A stretch of 63,117 bases of DNA, filler included, from Octopus bimaculoides (lineage: Eukaryota): NCBI RefSeq assembly GCF_001194135.2. It is 3 parts of 3 records of this genome, joined end to end, with 100 filler letters (N's around TTAATTAATTAA, not from the genome) between each part and the next. Parts side by side here need not be neighbours in the genome. Positions count along the whole stretch, not along the records: positions 1 to 29,528 come from NC_068989.1; 2 more parts are not named here. One strand, given 5' to 3'. The position numbers and the translations under genes are program-made. The notes beneath the pieces were generated by a model. It was not told where the DNA came from and did not search any database. It saw nothing but the letters and a program-made list of their open reading frames with translations. The number at the start of each line of letters is the position of its first letter. Position 1 is the stretch's first letter. This document shows positions 13,063 through 26,270 of the stretch, in pieces.

Positions 13063-16044
13063 AAAGAGTGATAAATTCAAGATGCAGTTAATATCATTTG
13101 TTCCTTACGCACGTTTCACTGACGTGACTATTTGCACCTTCTGCGACAAGTGTTTATAACGCAGTTTTATACAGTTCCATTATATTTCTCCCAGGAAACG
13201 CTGTGGATACCTACCATAGAGGATGTAAATGACCAAAATGGCAGAACGTGCGTAGGGAGGAAATAGTATGAACTGAATCTAGTGTTTATCCAAATTATTA
13301 CTACATTTCCTAAAACATTCACTCGTAGTAGTCGTAAATCTAATTGTACACACTATAGATACTACATTGAGGCTGTGTAGACTGAGATGTCCGTTGACAG
13401 GCCGCTGATATTAATAAAGAGTGAAAAACTTAACTTATAGTTTGTAAATTAATAAAATAAATGCGCCTTTTTTAAAGTCTAGCCAGGCTCATGGGCCCGG
13501 TTTCCCGGTTTCAATGGCGTATGTGTTCCCCAGCTGGACAGGACGCCAGTCCATCGCAGCGTTACTCATTTTTGCCTGTTGAGTGGACTGGAGCAACGTG
13601 AAATGAAGTGTTTTGCTCAAGAACACAACGCGTCGCCCGGTCCAGGAATCGAAACCACAATCTTTCGATCTTGGTGCTGACACCCTAACCTCTAGGCCAC
13701 GCGCCTCCACTTAGTTTGGAAATTAGTCGCTCCAATTCTCTGCAGCTACTGGATTTGTTGTGTATATAAACAGATTGGCCTGTTTTTTTTTCCCCTTCTC
13801 TCTAGGAAATCCCACCGAGGTCATCTTGGCTCTTCATCTTTCCATGGTCGATAAAATTAAGAACCAGATAAGAACTGGGGTTGGTGGAGTCGACTAACCG
13901 ATCCCTCCCGAAAATAACTGGCGTTGTTCCAAAATCCGAAACAATTATATTTTGTAATAGAGACAACAATTAGAAGAACAGTACAAACAGGAGCAACAAC
14001 AAAATCAGTAATTTTAACAACAATGGTAAGAAGATAAACTGCAAACTCCGACAAAACGATCTACGACTAAAAATAATAATACTAGTAATAACTAAAATAA
14101 CAACAGCAATAATAACAACAACAAAGCAACAGTAGTAAAAATTAACAACAATAGCTACAAGAACAACAATGCCTCTAACAATAATAACAGACGACATTTA
14201 TACGAAAACAATTGCTACTGCGTAACAAAGAGGGAGAACGGAATCTGTAGTAAAATCAACATGAACAACACGTTTGAGAAATATTTGTTTTTAGATTACG
14301 AAACAGTACATTGATGAGGAGTTGTTGTGTTGCGGGGGTTTACCTTTGTATAACAGGGAAAACCATGGAGGATAATAAAGAAACTAAGTGAAGAGGAATT
14401 CCGTGGGTGATAAGCGCTGTTGATGTATCTAAAAATGGTTTATGTAACCAGAGAGGCCTTTTGGTAATGCTTACTGCACATGATACTTGAAAAACAATCT
14501 GCTTTTTTATCCCATTTTCCCTCCTTTGAAAAGATTCGATCTTCAAACTGTTTACCGATAAAATATTCAGGTAAACTTAGAAAGAGATGGGTTCCGCTGC
14601 CAGGTCGGCCTGCACCAGATACACCATGTGACCGACTTCGCAAACATGATGCAACAGAGCAACTATAAGATCTGGCTTGAAGCATGTCTATGTTTTCTAA
14701 ATGAGATATTAGCTTTTATTTTAAATGGTCTGGAATAATTCTGTTGTCTCAGAAGGGTCATTATGCCAACAATGAATACACGTACTGTTTTTATTTCACT
14801 TCTTAATTATTTTATAAGTCAATTGGTTAACCATTCAACCAGTTAATTAATCGATTGTTTGATTGATCGCCCGATCAATCAATCAGTCAGCTAGGTTTGT
14901 TAAAATCCTTTTGTTGCCATTCGTGGCCTCTTCAATGGCATGTTTTCTGCATTCCAGATCTGCTTTGGGTCTGTCTATTTGTCTCTTTGTTTCCTAGTTT
15001 ACAGAGTTCTATATCTACGGGAGAATTCACGAAAAAACAACAGACGAAGAAAGGTGGTGTAAACAACAAATGGATGTATTAGTATAACGCTCGGGAATAG
15101 AGAAAGTCTTTAACGTTTCGAGCCTACGCTCTTCAACAGAAAGGAACACAGAAAGAAACAAGGAGAGAAACAAGGAGAGCAAAGAAATATATGTGTTCTG
15201 GACTTTTTTATTCTGAACTTTGCACTCTCCGGCTGCACCTCGCCTGCCTACGGATTACGCTGTACCTATCTACTGATAAGAGTTCTATATTTATATGGAT
15301 GCGAGTGATAATATATGTTAGAGAGGGATTGGATAAGAGAGAATAAGAGAAGGTGTGCGTGTGTGCACGCTGGTTTGTGTTTCCCAAAGTCTATGCTGAC
15401 CACATTTTATAAAACCCATAAATTCTTCGCTTGGGTGACATATTTTTGGATTATAGAATTAGCGATAGAAGTTGTAAATTAAAGGCTGGGAAACAGGATT
15501 TAGCTGGGAGTGGGTTTTAAATTACTGCTCATTAAACCACATATTATCAGAATTCCTATATGAGGTTCAGTTATGAATATCGATTCTATAATTTGTATAA
15601 TATAATCATCAAAAACGCGGGTGGCTAAGTAATATTATAATGAATTGCTAATTATCCTACGTATTCGGCTAATTAGCTTTATATGTTCAGCAAATTAAGA
15701 GAGTTTAGCAGTTCGTATTCTATCACTGATACTATTGTGTCTATAACATAAACTCTTAATCCTCAAGTGGCCAAGTCCAGCTTAGTAAATACGCAGATAA
15801 TATGGTTTTAAATTTTGGCATTAGCCCAGCAGTTTTAGGGGTGGGGGGAAAGGGGTAAGACGATTACTTCGACCGTGGTACTTATTTTATCGACCTTGAA
15901 AGGATGAAAAACAAAGTTGACTTCGACGGAATTTGAACTCCGAACCTAAAGTGCCGGAAGAAATACCAATAAGCATTGTGCTCAACGTGCTAACGATTCT
16001 GCCAACCCACCGCCTTTAGCCGTACATTCTTTCTTTTATTCGAA

Positions 16045-16257
16045 GGCGGTGAGCTGGCAGAAACGCTAGCACGCCGGGCGGAATGGCTTAGCGGTATTTC
16101 GTCTGTTTTACGTTCTGAGTTCAAATTCCACCGAGGTCGACTTTGCCTTTCATCCTTTCGGCTTGATAAATTAAGTACCTGTTGCGTAGTGAGGGATTGA
16201 TTTAATCAACTGGCCCCTCCCCCAAAATTTCGGGCCTTGTGCCTAGAGTAGAAAAGA
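16045..16257 (+). mobile_element. tRNA-derived SINE family B
   Basis: AGGCGGTGAGCTGGCAGAAACG...GAGTTCAAATTCC...GTCGACTTTGCCTTTCATCCTTTCGG...GGCCTTGTGCCTAGAGTAGAAAAGA. Other copies lie at about 15805-16015 (-), 21077-21287 (+), 23180-23320 (-), 33725-33920 (-), 38656-38853 (+), 48578-48783 (-) and 52660-52800 (-). Confidence 0.8.
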
Positions 16258-17550
16258 TTTATTTGTTTCAGTCATTTAACTGCGGACATGCTGGAGCACC
16301 GCCTTTATTAGAACAAATCGACGCCAGGATTTATTCTTTGTAAGCCTAGTACTTATTCTATCGGTCATTTTTGCCGAACCGCCAAGTTAAAGGGACGTGA
16401 ACACACCAACATCGGTTGTCAAGTCTTCTGCTATAGCCCGCGGCTATAGCAGAAGACACTCGCCCTAGGTGTGACGCAGTGGGAATGAACCTGGAACCAT
16501 GTGGTAGGGAAGCAAGCTTATTTATCACACAGCTACGCCTATTTAAAACATCTAAGCTATGTTATGTCTGGAAATATGGTGTGATTGCTTTTCACCTTGG
16601 GTCTGTCAAAGCTGAAAAGGTGTTGAGCAGCCACAAAATATCAACTTTCAGATGCATTCCTTAGTCTCCAATGAAACGGTTTCTAATTTTGGCACAAGGC
16701 CAGCAAGTTTTTGGAGAAGAAAAGACCAGCAAGTTTTTGGTGAGGAAAAGAGGGTTAGTCGATTTCGTTGGCCCCAGTGCTTAACTGGCACTTATTTCAT
16801 CAACCACGAAAGCATGAAAGGAAAAGACGAAACTGGAACTCAGATTGTAAAGACCTAGAAAATATGCCGCTTAACATTTCGACCGACACGCCAACGATTT
16901 TAGCAGCTCCCTGCCGTCGTATTTCCCAATTAAATGTTAGCAAGAAAAATTACGTTTACTCCTTCTCACGACATACTAACCTACCTCAATTTCTAATTTT
17001 ATTCTATTATTCATTGTATTCAATTGTAATATTTTTTGGTTCCTTTGGAGATATAATTCCCAGGGGAAGGAGACGTTAGTCTACGGAATAATCCCACGTT
17101 TCATGCTGGGAACCATTTCGAGTCTGTTGAGACATTTAAGTTTTATAAGTCTAACCTAGAAACCCAGTGGTACGTCCCCTAGAAATCATTTTATCATTTC
17201 AAGTTCGACTTTTATTGTTTGTACAACTGCGGCGCCATATTTTTATGGAGGGCAACAACGAAAGCAGCCGAAAGCCAGCCCTTTATTAAAAACGAAATAA
17301 GTTAGACTGAAAGTAGTTTTCCATATAAATAAAATACTTTTACCTTTTATTTTTTGCGTGTTTCAGACATTAGATTGCGGCCATGCTGGGGCACCGCCAT
17401 GAAGGGTTTAGACGAACAAAGCGACTACAGTGTTTACATTTTTTAAAGCTTGGTACTTATTCTATCGGTGCGTTTTGCTGAACCGCTAAGTTATGGGGGA
17501 TGTAAACAAGCAGACATTGGTTGGCAAGCGGTGGTTGAGAACAAACATAA

Positions 17551-17595
<45 letters not shown>

Positions 17596-18855
17596 GACGG
17601 GCTTCTTTCAGTTACCGTTTAGCAAATCCACTCTTTGATCGGCCAATGTCTATAGTAGAAGACATTTGCCCAAGGTGCCACGCGGTGGGACTGAACCCGG
17701 AACGATGTGTTTGGGAACCGAACTTCTTAGCATATTTTTTTTTATTTATGCGCTCTTTCAAAGCCTACCCAGGCTTATGGGCCCGGTTTCCCGGTTTCTA
17801 TGGCGTATGTGTTCCCCCCAGCTGGACGGGACGCCAGTCCATCACAGCGTTACTCAAGAAACAGGAAGAAAGAGTGAGAGAATGTTGGGGCGAAAGAGTA
17901 CAACCGGGGTCGTCACCCCCACCTCCTGCCGGATTCTCGTGGAGCTAAGGTGTTTTCGCTCAATAAACACTCACAACGCTCGGGCTGGGAATCGAAACCG
18001 CGATCCTCCGACCGCGAGTCCTTCTTACCATATAGTTTTTAAAAAAGCTAAGTAAATAGATGAGAAGAGAAAAGAAAAGAAAGGAAAGCAGGAAGAAGAA
18101 GAAAAAAAGAAAAGAAAGTAAGAATTGTACATTTTATGTTTAGAAAATAATTTCATAGTTCAGGCCTGAAAGAGTATTCTATAGCAACCTGGGGGAAAAA
18201 GAACTGAAGAAAACTTTCGTAATATACTGGAATCGTGTTGGTGTGGAAAGGAGTAAGATTTTGTAATAGGCTAGGTAAACAAAATGTCTGGTTTATGGGT
18301 CAGTGAAACGCTTTGGTCTATGTAGGTATACAAATAACGTGGATGTGATAGATTAATAAAACATTCCAACTGTAACAACACAAAATCTGCAACAAAAATA
18401 GCAAAAGCAACCGCGTGACTTGCAGACAACACCCGCAGTGGAAACAAACGCACCAGCGATCATAGCATCAACTACAATAACAACAATAATAATGAAAGGA
18501 ACCATCAAAATCTCAACAATTTCTTAATTATGCAGTGTTTGCCCTTTTTTTAGAACAATAGTAGGCGTTAAACAGCGAGTGATCGACCGACTAAAAATGG
18601 CGGCCAGATATACCTCAGATTACACCCTGCTATTATGAAAACAAAAGGTGGGGCGAGGAGCACATTGGATACTACAATCCTAGTTATGCAATGTCTAATG
18701 GGTCTGCCTGAATTGATCTGCTTGAAATAGCAGCCAAAACTTCATCAAATCATTCTATTTTCTTAAAACAATCGAAGACAGATTATATCAGTGGTTCTCA
18801 ATCTTTCTAATGTCCGGGCTACATGCAAAACCTGGAGATTTTTAGGGGACCGCAC

Positions 18856-18900
<45 letters not shown>

Positions 18901-21900
18901 AAGAAAGAAAAAAAAAGAAGAGAAAAATTAAAGCATAAGTCAATTAAAGAAAAAAATAATTATATTTCCAGACGAGTTACGGGAAAGATGCTTGAGGGCT
19001 ACATGCGGGGTTCGGTGCCGCGGTTTGGAACTGTTGGATTGGAGGCTGTGGTCTTAGATATATTACATTTGAAAATAAGACGAGACGGTCACGTATGCAA
19101 CGCCTTTGACCATAGGCCTACTCTGTCAGTTGATCTGGGGCTAAACAACAACTGCAAAAAAAATTAGCAGTAATTTATTTAGGTACCTAATTACAATTAA
19201 GAAAACCGGGGCGATGGAACGCTCTGGGACCATTGGTCTGCTGTGTCATAGTTGGCCTGGGGTTAAATAATACCAACACCAACAATAAAAAATTAACCGT
19301 AAGTCTGTGAGGTACCGTAAAGACACATGATCCAGTGGTTAGAGCGTTACATACAAGATCATGGTTTTGATTCTTGGACGAAGCGGTGATCTGAGTTTTT
19401 GAGCAAAGCACTTCATTTTACGTTACTCCACTCTACTTAGATAAAAAGGAGTAACCCTACAATGGACTGGCGTATCCTCCAGGGGAAAATGTCGTAATCT
19501 TGGTCATGTATATGAGTCCTAGGATTCGTGACTGCACTATATTTTTACGCCGTGGTATTCACAACTAAGTGAAGCGAACCATTGAGAATTCAATAATAAA
19601 TATCTTCACCCCAGACACACCGTATCGTCAGAGGTACAAAATATAAATCATTGAGCTCTTAGTGTACAGTCACAGGATCAAATCATGTTTAATTTGCAGT
19701 TGTTAATGATCTTCATCCATTTTTTCATTTCTGTTTCTTGCAGCACTACACATGGGTCCGCTCATAACGGTTCCTGTCCAACATTAGAGGCGGTTCTACT
19801 AGAGATGGTTCCCTTATTTAGAAAACACATAATTAATTATGCTTCAAGCCAGATCTTATAGTTGCTCTATTACATCATGTTTGCGAAGTCGGTCACATGG
19901 TGTATCTGGTGCAGGCCGACCTGGCAGCGGAACCCATCTCTTTCTAAGTTTTACCAAAGTAGAATTTAATTTCAAAATCGCTCATTATATTGCCAATTAT
20001 ACTCTGCGTTCGATATTTACAGCAGTGATTTGCTTGTCTATTCATAGACTGGTGAGACAAGTAATTCCAGAATTAAATATCCAGTCATTGGAGATTTACT
20101 GAAAACTGGAAAGTCATCAGACAGTTCAATGATGGCTTAGCTGGTCGAAACTTCGAAGTCACTGTCAATATATATATATATANNNNNNNNNNNNNNNNNN
20201 NNNNNNNNNNNNNNNNNNNNNNNNNNNNNNNNNNNATATATTATATTTTGGACTAATGGGTATATGTCAATTAATGTGTTGAGCAGACGCAAAAATTTCT
20301 TCAAATATTATATATATATACATATATATATATATACATATATATATACATATGTATATACATATATACACATATATATATATATATATATACATATATA
20401 CACACATATATATCACGTTGCTCCAGTCCACTCAGCTGCCAAAAATAGGTGGTGTCTCTATTGCAAAGGATCAGCCTTGTCACTTCCCGTGTCACGCTGA
20501 ATCTCCCTGAGAACTACGTTAAAGCTACACGTGTCTGTGGAGTACTCAGCCACTTGCACATTAATTTCACGAGCAAGATATTCCGTTGACCGGAACCCTC
20601 CATCGTGGGAGCTGATGGAGTGCCAGTTTTTCCTTCCTTGTAATTTGTGTGTGTGTGTACATATATAATATATACACGCGACGGGATTCCAAATATCTTC
20701 GGATTGAAAATAAGATTCTATTCCCAAATCTCCATTAGAATATCCGGACGGAAAATACCCGATCGATTCGGTAGACTTCACGTTACGTGCGTCTTACATC
20801 TACGAAAGAAATCGATGTTAAATTGAATTTTAATTTGATGCGCTAAAATAATTGCGAAATGCGTTTGGATAATTAGTTCTTCAGTCACATGTAGGATATC
20901 ACAATCACGTGATAAGCTCATTAATTCTTCAATTATTGTATCGAATATATATATGACTACTTTAGTAATAATTGGTGGAATTGTTATTTTAGCAATTCTT
21001 GTTTTATATACATGTTATATAACGACCACCAGTTTAATGTAAGCATGAAATGTCTTTAATGTAGAAATATCTTTGGAGGCAGCGAGCTGGCAGAAACGTT
21101 AGCACGCCGGACGAAATGCTTAGCGGTATTTCGTCTGTCTTCATGTACTGAGTTCAAATTCCGCCGAGGTCGACTTTACCTTTTATCCTTTCGGATAAAT
21201 TAAGTACCAGTTGCGTACTGCGGTCGATCTAATCGATTAGCCCCACTCCCCCCAAATTTCGGGCCTTGTACTTAGAGTAGAAAAGAATATATCTTCTTTT
21301 AGCCATTCCATTGCATCTAGAAGAAATTTTTTTGTTGAAGAAATGGACCCCATTTTTTTTTAAAGCCTGGCACTTATTCTATCGGTGTCTTTTGCCGAAC
21401 CGCTAAGTTACAGATGCGTAAACACTAAATATATTCATTAGACTTTGGTTGACTCGAATCTCTAATAGAAGACACTTGCCCAAGGTGCCATGCTGTGGGA
21501 CTGAACTTGGAACCATGTGGTTGGGAAGCACACTTCTTACCACACAGTTATTTATCTTTATTTTAATCTCATACTTGTTACAACCATTAGACTGCGGCCA
21601 TGTTGGAGCTCTGCTTTGAAGGGTTTTTCTTTTCGACGAACAAATCGACCCCAATACTTATTTTTTGAAAAAAACATCTGGGACTTATTCTATTGAATTA
21701 TTTTGGCGAACCGCTAAGTTACAGGGACATAAATAAACCGACACTGGTGGTCAAGCGGTGGAGACATATACACAAATACAAAGACGCACACACACACACA
21801 CACACCACACACACACAAAAATACACACACGCACATAATCATGTATATATATAACGGGATTCCACACAGTTTCTGCCTACCAAATTCACTCACACGGCAT

Positions 21901-22493
21901 TGATCAACCAGGAACTTATGGTAGGAAATACTTGCTCAAGGTGTAGCACAGTGAGAACGAACAAAATAGAAACCATCTGCTTGTAAAGCAAGCTTCATTA
22001 CGTCACAGCCGTGCCATATATTTGTAACAAACGGCATTCAATGGAGATATTTAATACTCTAACATTCTGAATCGCCGATTAAAGAGTGCTTGCTGAAGTA
22101 GACAGCAGATACACTACCGGTGATTCCTAACGAACGTATCAAGTGAACATAGGAACAGGCGTGGCCCTGCCGTAAGAAGATTGCTTATGGGATCTTCTGC
22201 ATAGAATGCGCACCGTTTCGGGTTCTTTCTCTCGAGAGCATCATTGCACATCGGTTCTCCTCACTGAGATGAGGCCCCGGTTGCTAGATCAACTGTGTAT
22301 CTGTATATCATATCACATGTATGTTTGTCTGTCTCTGTCTCTCTCTCAGTCTCTCCCTCTGTCTCTTTCTCTCTCGCTATATATGCATACATACAAACAT
22401 ACATATATACATTACTTGATAGTCACAATAATTTAAAAGAATTGTTTTGAAGCTATTAACTACTTAAAAGATCTATTATTCAACAGAATGCCG

Positions 22494-22566
<73 letters not shown>

Positions 22567-22721
22567 GGAGAGAGAGAGAGAGAGCGAGAGAGAGAGATGA
22601 ACACACACTCCCTACACTCTTACTTATTAATAAATTGCAATGTTATTTCAATGCAAATGACTTCCTCATCACTGAGTCGCCAATTTGGTGGTAATCAATA
22701 TATATAATAGTGGTAAACGAT

Positions 22722-22795
<74 letters not shown>

Positions 22796-23982
22796 TGTAG
22801 AGGGAGGTGAAGAAAAGCAAAATGTCGGTAGAGTCAGAACTAAAACCGTTATTCAATCATGTAAAGAGCGCTAACGGATGAGTTTTAAGTTTAATTTCTA
22901 GCATTAATTAAATTGATGTAGAAATAAGTCAGACATAGGATGGTAACTGGAGGTAGCCAAGGCAACAAAAGTTTATAAAGTTTTATAGATATAAATGTTA
23001 TCGTTTAAGACAAAATGTTATAAGCGTAATTATTTTAATATGCATAAAGCAAATATAATTCCTGGAAGATGCAGGAAATATAATGATTAAAACTGATAAT
23101 TATACGATTATTAATGTCGTTAATGAAATACAAAAAAAAAAAAAAAGAGATTGCATAGAACGTAAAAGGCCAAAAGAAATACCCTAGTGCGCAACTGGTA
23201 CTTATTTAATCGACCACGAAAAGCAGAGATGATCTCGGCGAAATTTGAACTCATAACATAACGGTAGACGAAATACCGTTGAGAATTTCGTCCGGTGTGC
23301 TAACAATTCTGCCAGCTCATCATCCTGGTGTGTGTAATATATTATATATGAAATAATTAGATTATATATTATGGACTATATTGTGTTTTATGTTCGTGAT
23401 CCCATGGACCGTGGAAAAACTGTTTTACATGGAACCGGCCCCGGGTGCAAAAATCTTAGGGACCACTTCTACAAATGGTCAGGGGTATGCATCTAAGCCT
23501 CACTGAAAGATAAAAAAATCAAAAGATTCTTTTATTCAAAACTTTCTTAGTGGTTGTTGCTAACTGATGAACGCCTTCTTCAGCGCGAAACGTAAAGTAA
23601 TTAAACTGCATTCAACTATAACAATAACTCTCTCTCTCTCTCTCTTTCTCTCTCCCTCTGTATCTCTATCCCTGTGAGCCCGTCTCCCTCTTTATGTGCA
23701 TATTCACACACACACACATACACACACAACTACACGCGTGCACATGCACATACATGTGTGCACGAATGTATGTGTGCGTTATATATTTTGCATAGAAAAG
23801 CATTGTTACAAGAAAAAATACCAACGCGATGTATGTTATCCCCTTTAAACATCAAATGAAAAATGAACAATGTTCTAATTACCGCATTAATCATAACATC
23901 AACCACCATTCGATAATTAACCTTTAAAAATATGATACGATATGTATATATATATATATGTATATACATATATATATATATT

Positions 23983-24019
<37 letters not shown>

Positions 24020-24914
24020 ATATATATAAAAATAAATATATNNNNNNNNNNNNNNNNNNNNNNNNNNNNNNNNNNNNNNNNNNNNNNNNNNNNNNNNNNN
24101 NNNNNNNNNNNNNNNNNNNNNNNNNNNNNNNNNNNNNNNNNNNNNNNNNNNNNNNNNNNNNNNNNNNNNNNNNNNNNNNNNNNNNNNNNNNNNNNNNNNN
24201 NNNNNNNNNNNNNNNNNNNNNNTATATATATATATGGTATGGTGTGTCAATTAGTATTAATATTTTAATTAAACGAACATTCTCATCAGAGTAACGAAGT
24301 TGATTAAAACTGTAATTAGTATGGCTTTTCATTAATCTAGACTGATTACTGGAAGGTGAAGAATGTAGTTTGCAAGTCAAAGAAAGAAAGAAAGAACGAT
24401 TGAAAGAAAGAAAGAAAGAAAGAAAGAAAGAATGAATTAAAAAAGAAAAAAGAAAGAAAGGGAGAAATAAGGAAGGAACAAACGAAGGAAAGAAATAAAA
24501 TGAAGGGCAAAGAAACCACAAAACACCCTCATATATACACTCTCATAAGCTTATACACTCTTATATATACACTCTCATAAGCTTATACTAAAATATGCGC
24601 ACGTGCTCCTTCATTAATACGCAATGAACTTATATATATATGTATGTATGTATGCATAGTGTGTATGTGTAATTTGAATGTATAAGTATATACATATATA
24701 TGTATGTATAGTGTGTGTGTAATTTGAATGCATAGGTATGTGTACATATGTATTTAATCATGCATGTATTTGCATATACATGAGTGTGCAATTATTACAC
24801 TTATAAGTTAGTTTATGGATGAATTCTATAATCAGCGAATGACCGGTAGCAAAATGTTAATGTACTCTTGACTTGTTAACAAGGTGGAATGCTCGAACTT
24901 CACCCTCAATTTAG

Positions 24915-24954
<40 letters not shown>

Positions 24955-25589
24955 TCCTTTTATTTATCTGATCTAGATATAAAAGCTGTTGTTGGCCACG
25001 TGAGATCTGGCTTAGCTTTGCTGACAGACGCTTCCACAGACCGTATCCAGTCATTGCCATTATGTGTACCGCGCCAAGATTTTTAACTCTCGAATGGTCG
25101 GTTTCCCCAGCTATATCATCACTTATATATTTAATCCCGTGGTGGTTTGCTCTGCCTCTGTGCGTGTGAACCCTTTCCCCGTTAAGTAGATTACAAGAAA
25201 TTCGACTATAATGACAAAACTCGGGGGTGAATACTGGGGTAGTTTCCCGTTGTCTTCTTCTGGCAGGCGCGATTTGAAATCAGAATGTTTAGAGCGGAAA
25301 ATATCCCGTAAAGCTTCTCTGCTGATGCGCGCCAAGATTTCTACCACTCATCCATCCGTAGAACTACGTGAAATGAAGTGTTTTTGCTTAAGAACACAAC
25401 ACACTGCTCGGTTCAAGAATCGAACTCATGATCGCTAGATAGTGAGTGTAACACCCACGCGCCATCACTATATAGATATATATAAATAATTGAGATTCAG
25501 TTGAATTAGGTACTTAGGTCGAAGCACCAAGTCAGTGTGGTATTATTTGCAGAGCACGAAGTAAGCTGACTAAAATCAAAATAAGCAAC

Positions 25590-26010
25590 AGAATATCAAA
25601 AAGTGAAGCAATACGGCCGTTTCAAGCGGCTCTATTTAATCGGACAATGCAATCATTACATCAATTTAAATGCAGGGCTATCTTCAGCTGCACAAATAAA
25701 TAGAGTTTTAATAAGTCGGACACATTAATATAATTTTTGATAAAAAGACTAATAAATTAAAAATGAAACACAATCCTTTACGAGCTTCATACATTCTTAG
25801 CTACAATAGCGACAACATCGATTTTTTGTATCTTCTTGCTCTATTAGAGTATTTGGGTAAACTTATATTAATGTGTCCGACTGATTAAAATTCTATTTAC
25901 TTATTTGTGCAGCTGAGGATAGCCCTGCATTTAAATTGATGTAATGATTGGATTGTTCAATCAAATAGAGCCGCTTGAAACGGTCGTACTGCATCACCTC
26001 TTGATATCCT
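25590..26010. mobile_element. Fold-back element with about 145-bp inverted arms, each carrying a hammerhead-like motif (Penelope pseudo-LTR-like)
   Basis: About 25590-25733 is the reverse complement of about 25862-26010 (roughly 85-90% by eye), with a spacer of about 128 bp. Cores: CTGAGGA 25913-25919 ... GAAA 25977-25980 (plus) and CTGAAGA 25681-25687 ... GAAA 25620-25623 (minus). Confidence 0.75.
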
Positions 26011-26233
26011 TCTGCTTATATATATATATATACATATGAATAGAACAGGTAAGTGATTAACGACAGAAGATTGTAGTAGAGCAGATAAAACAGTATGGGT
26101 GTAGGTGGTTATAAATGCAGTTATATGTTATAATAGCGTGGGTGGTAGTATATGATTGTACGTAGTGTAAATGAAGTATTTTTTTTTTGTTGCAATATAT
26201 GTGTGGGTTGTAGTACAGAAATTGCCAAAACCA

Positions 26234-26270
<37 letters not shown>

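Noticed and set aside
14581-14700. Frame RDGFRCQVGLHQIHHVTDF resembling an HNH nuclease start
   Set aside because: It has no second Cys or downstream N/H residues, is too short and has no ORF context; likely chance.
18857-18920. Poly-lysine ORF (18823-19167)
   Set aside because: It derives from a poly-A tract following a hAT-like end fragment.
20458-20781. Minus-strand ORF with protein-like GYFPSGYSNGDLGIESYF
   Set aside because: It starts at a non-ATG codon, the nearby acceptor is closed by stops in all frames, and the remainder is SINE.
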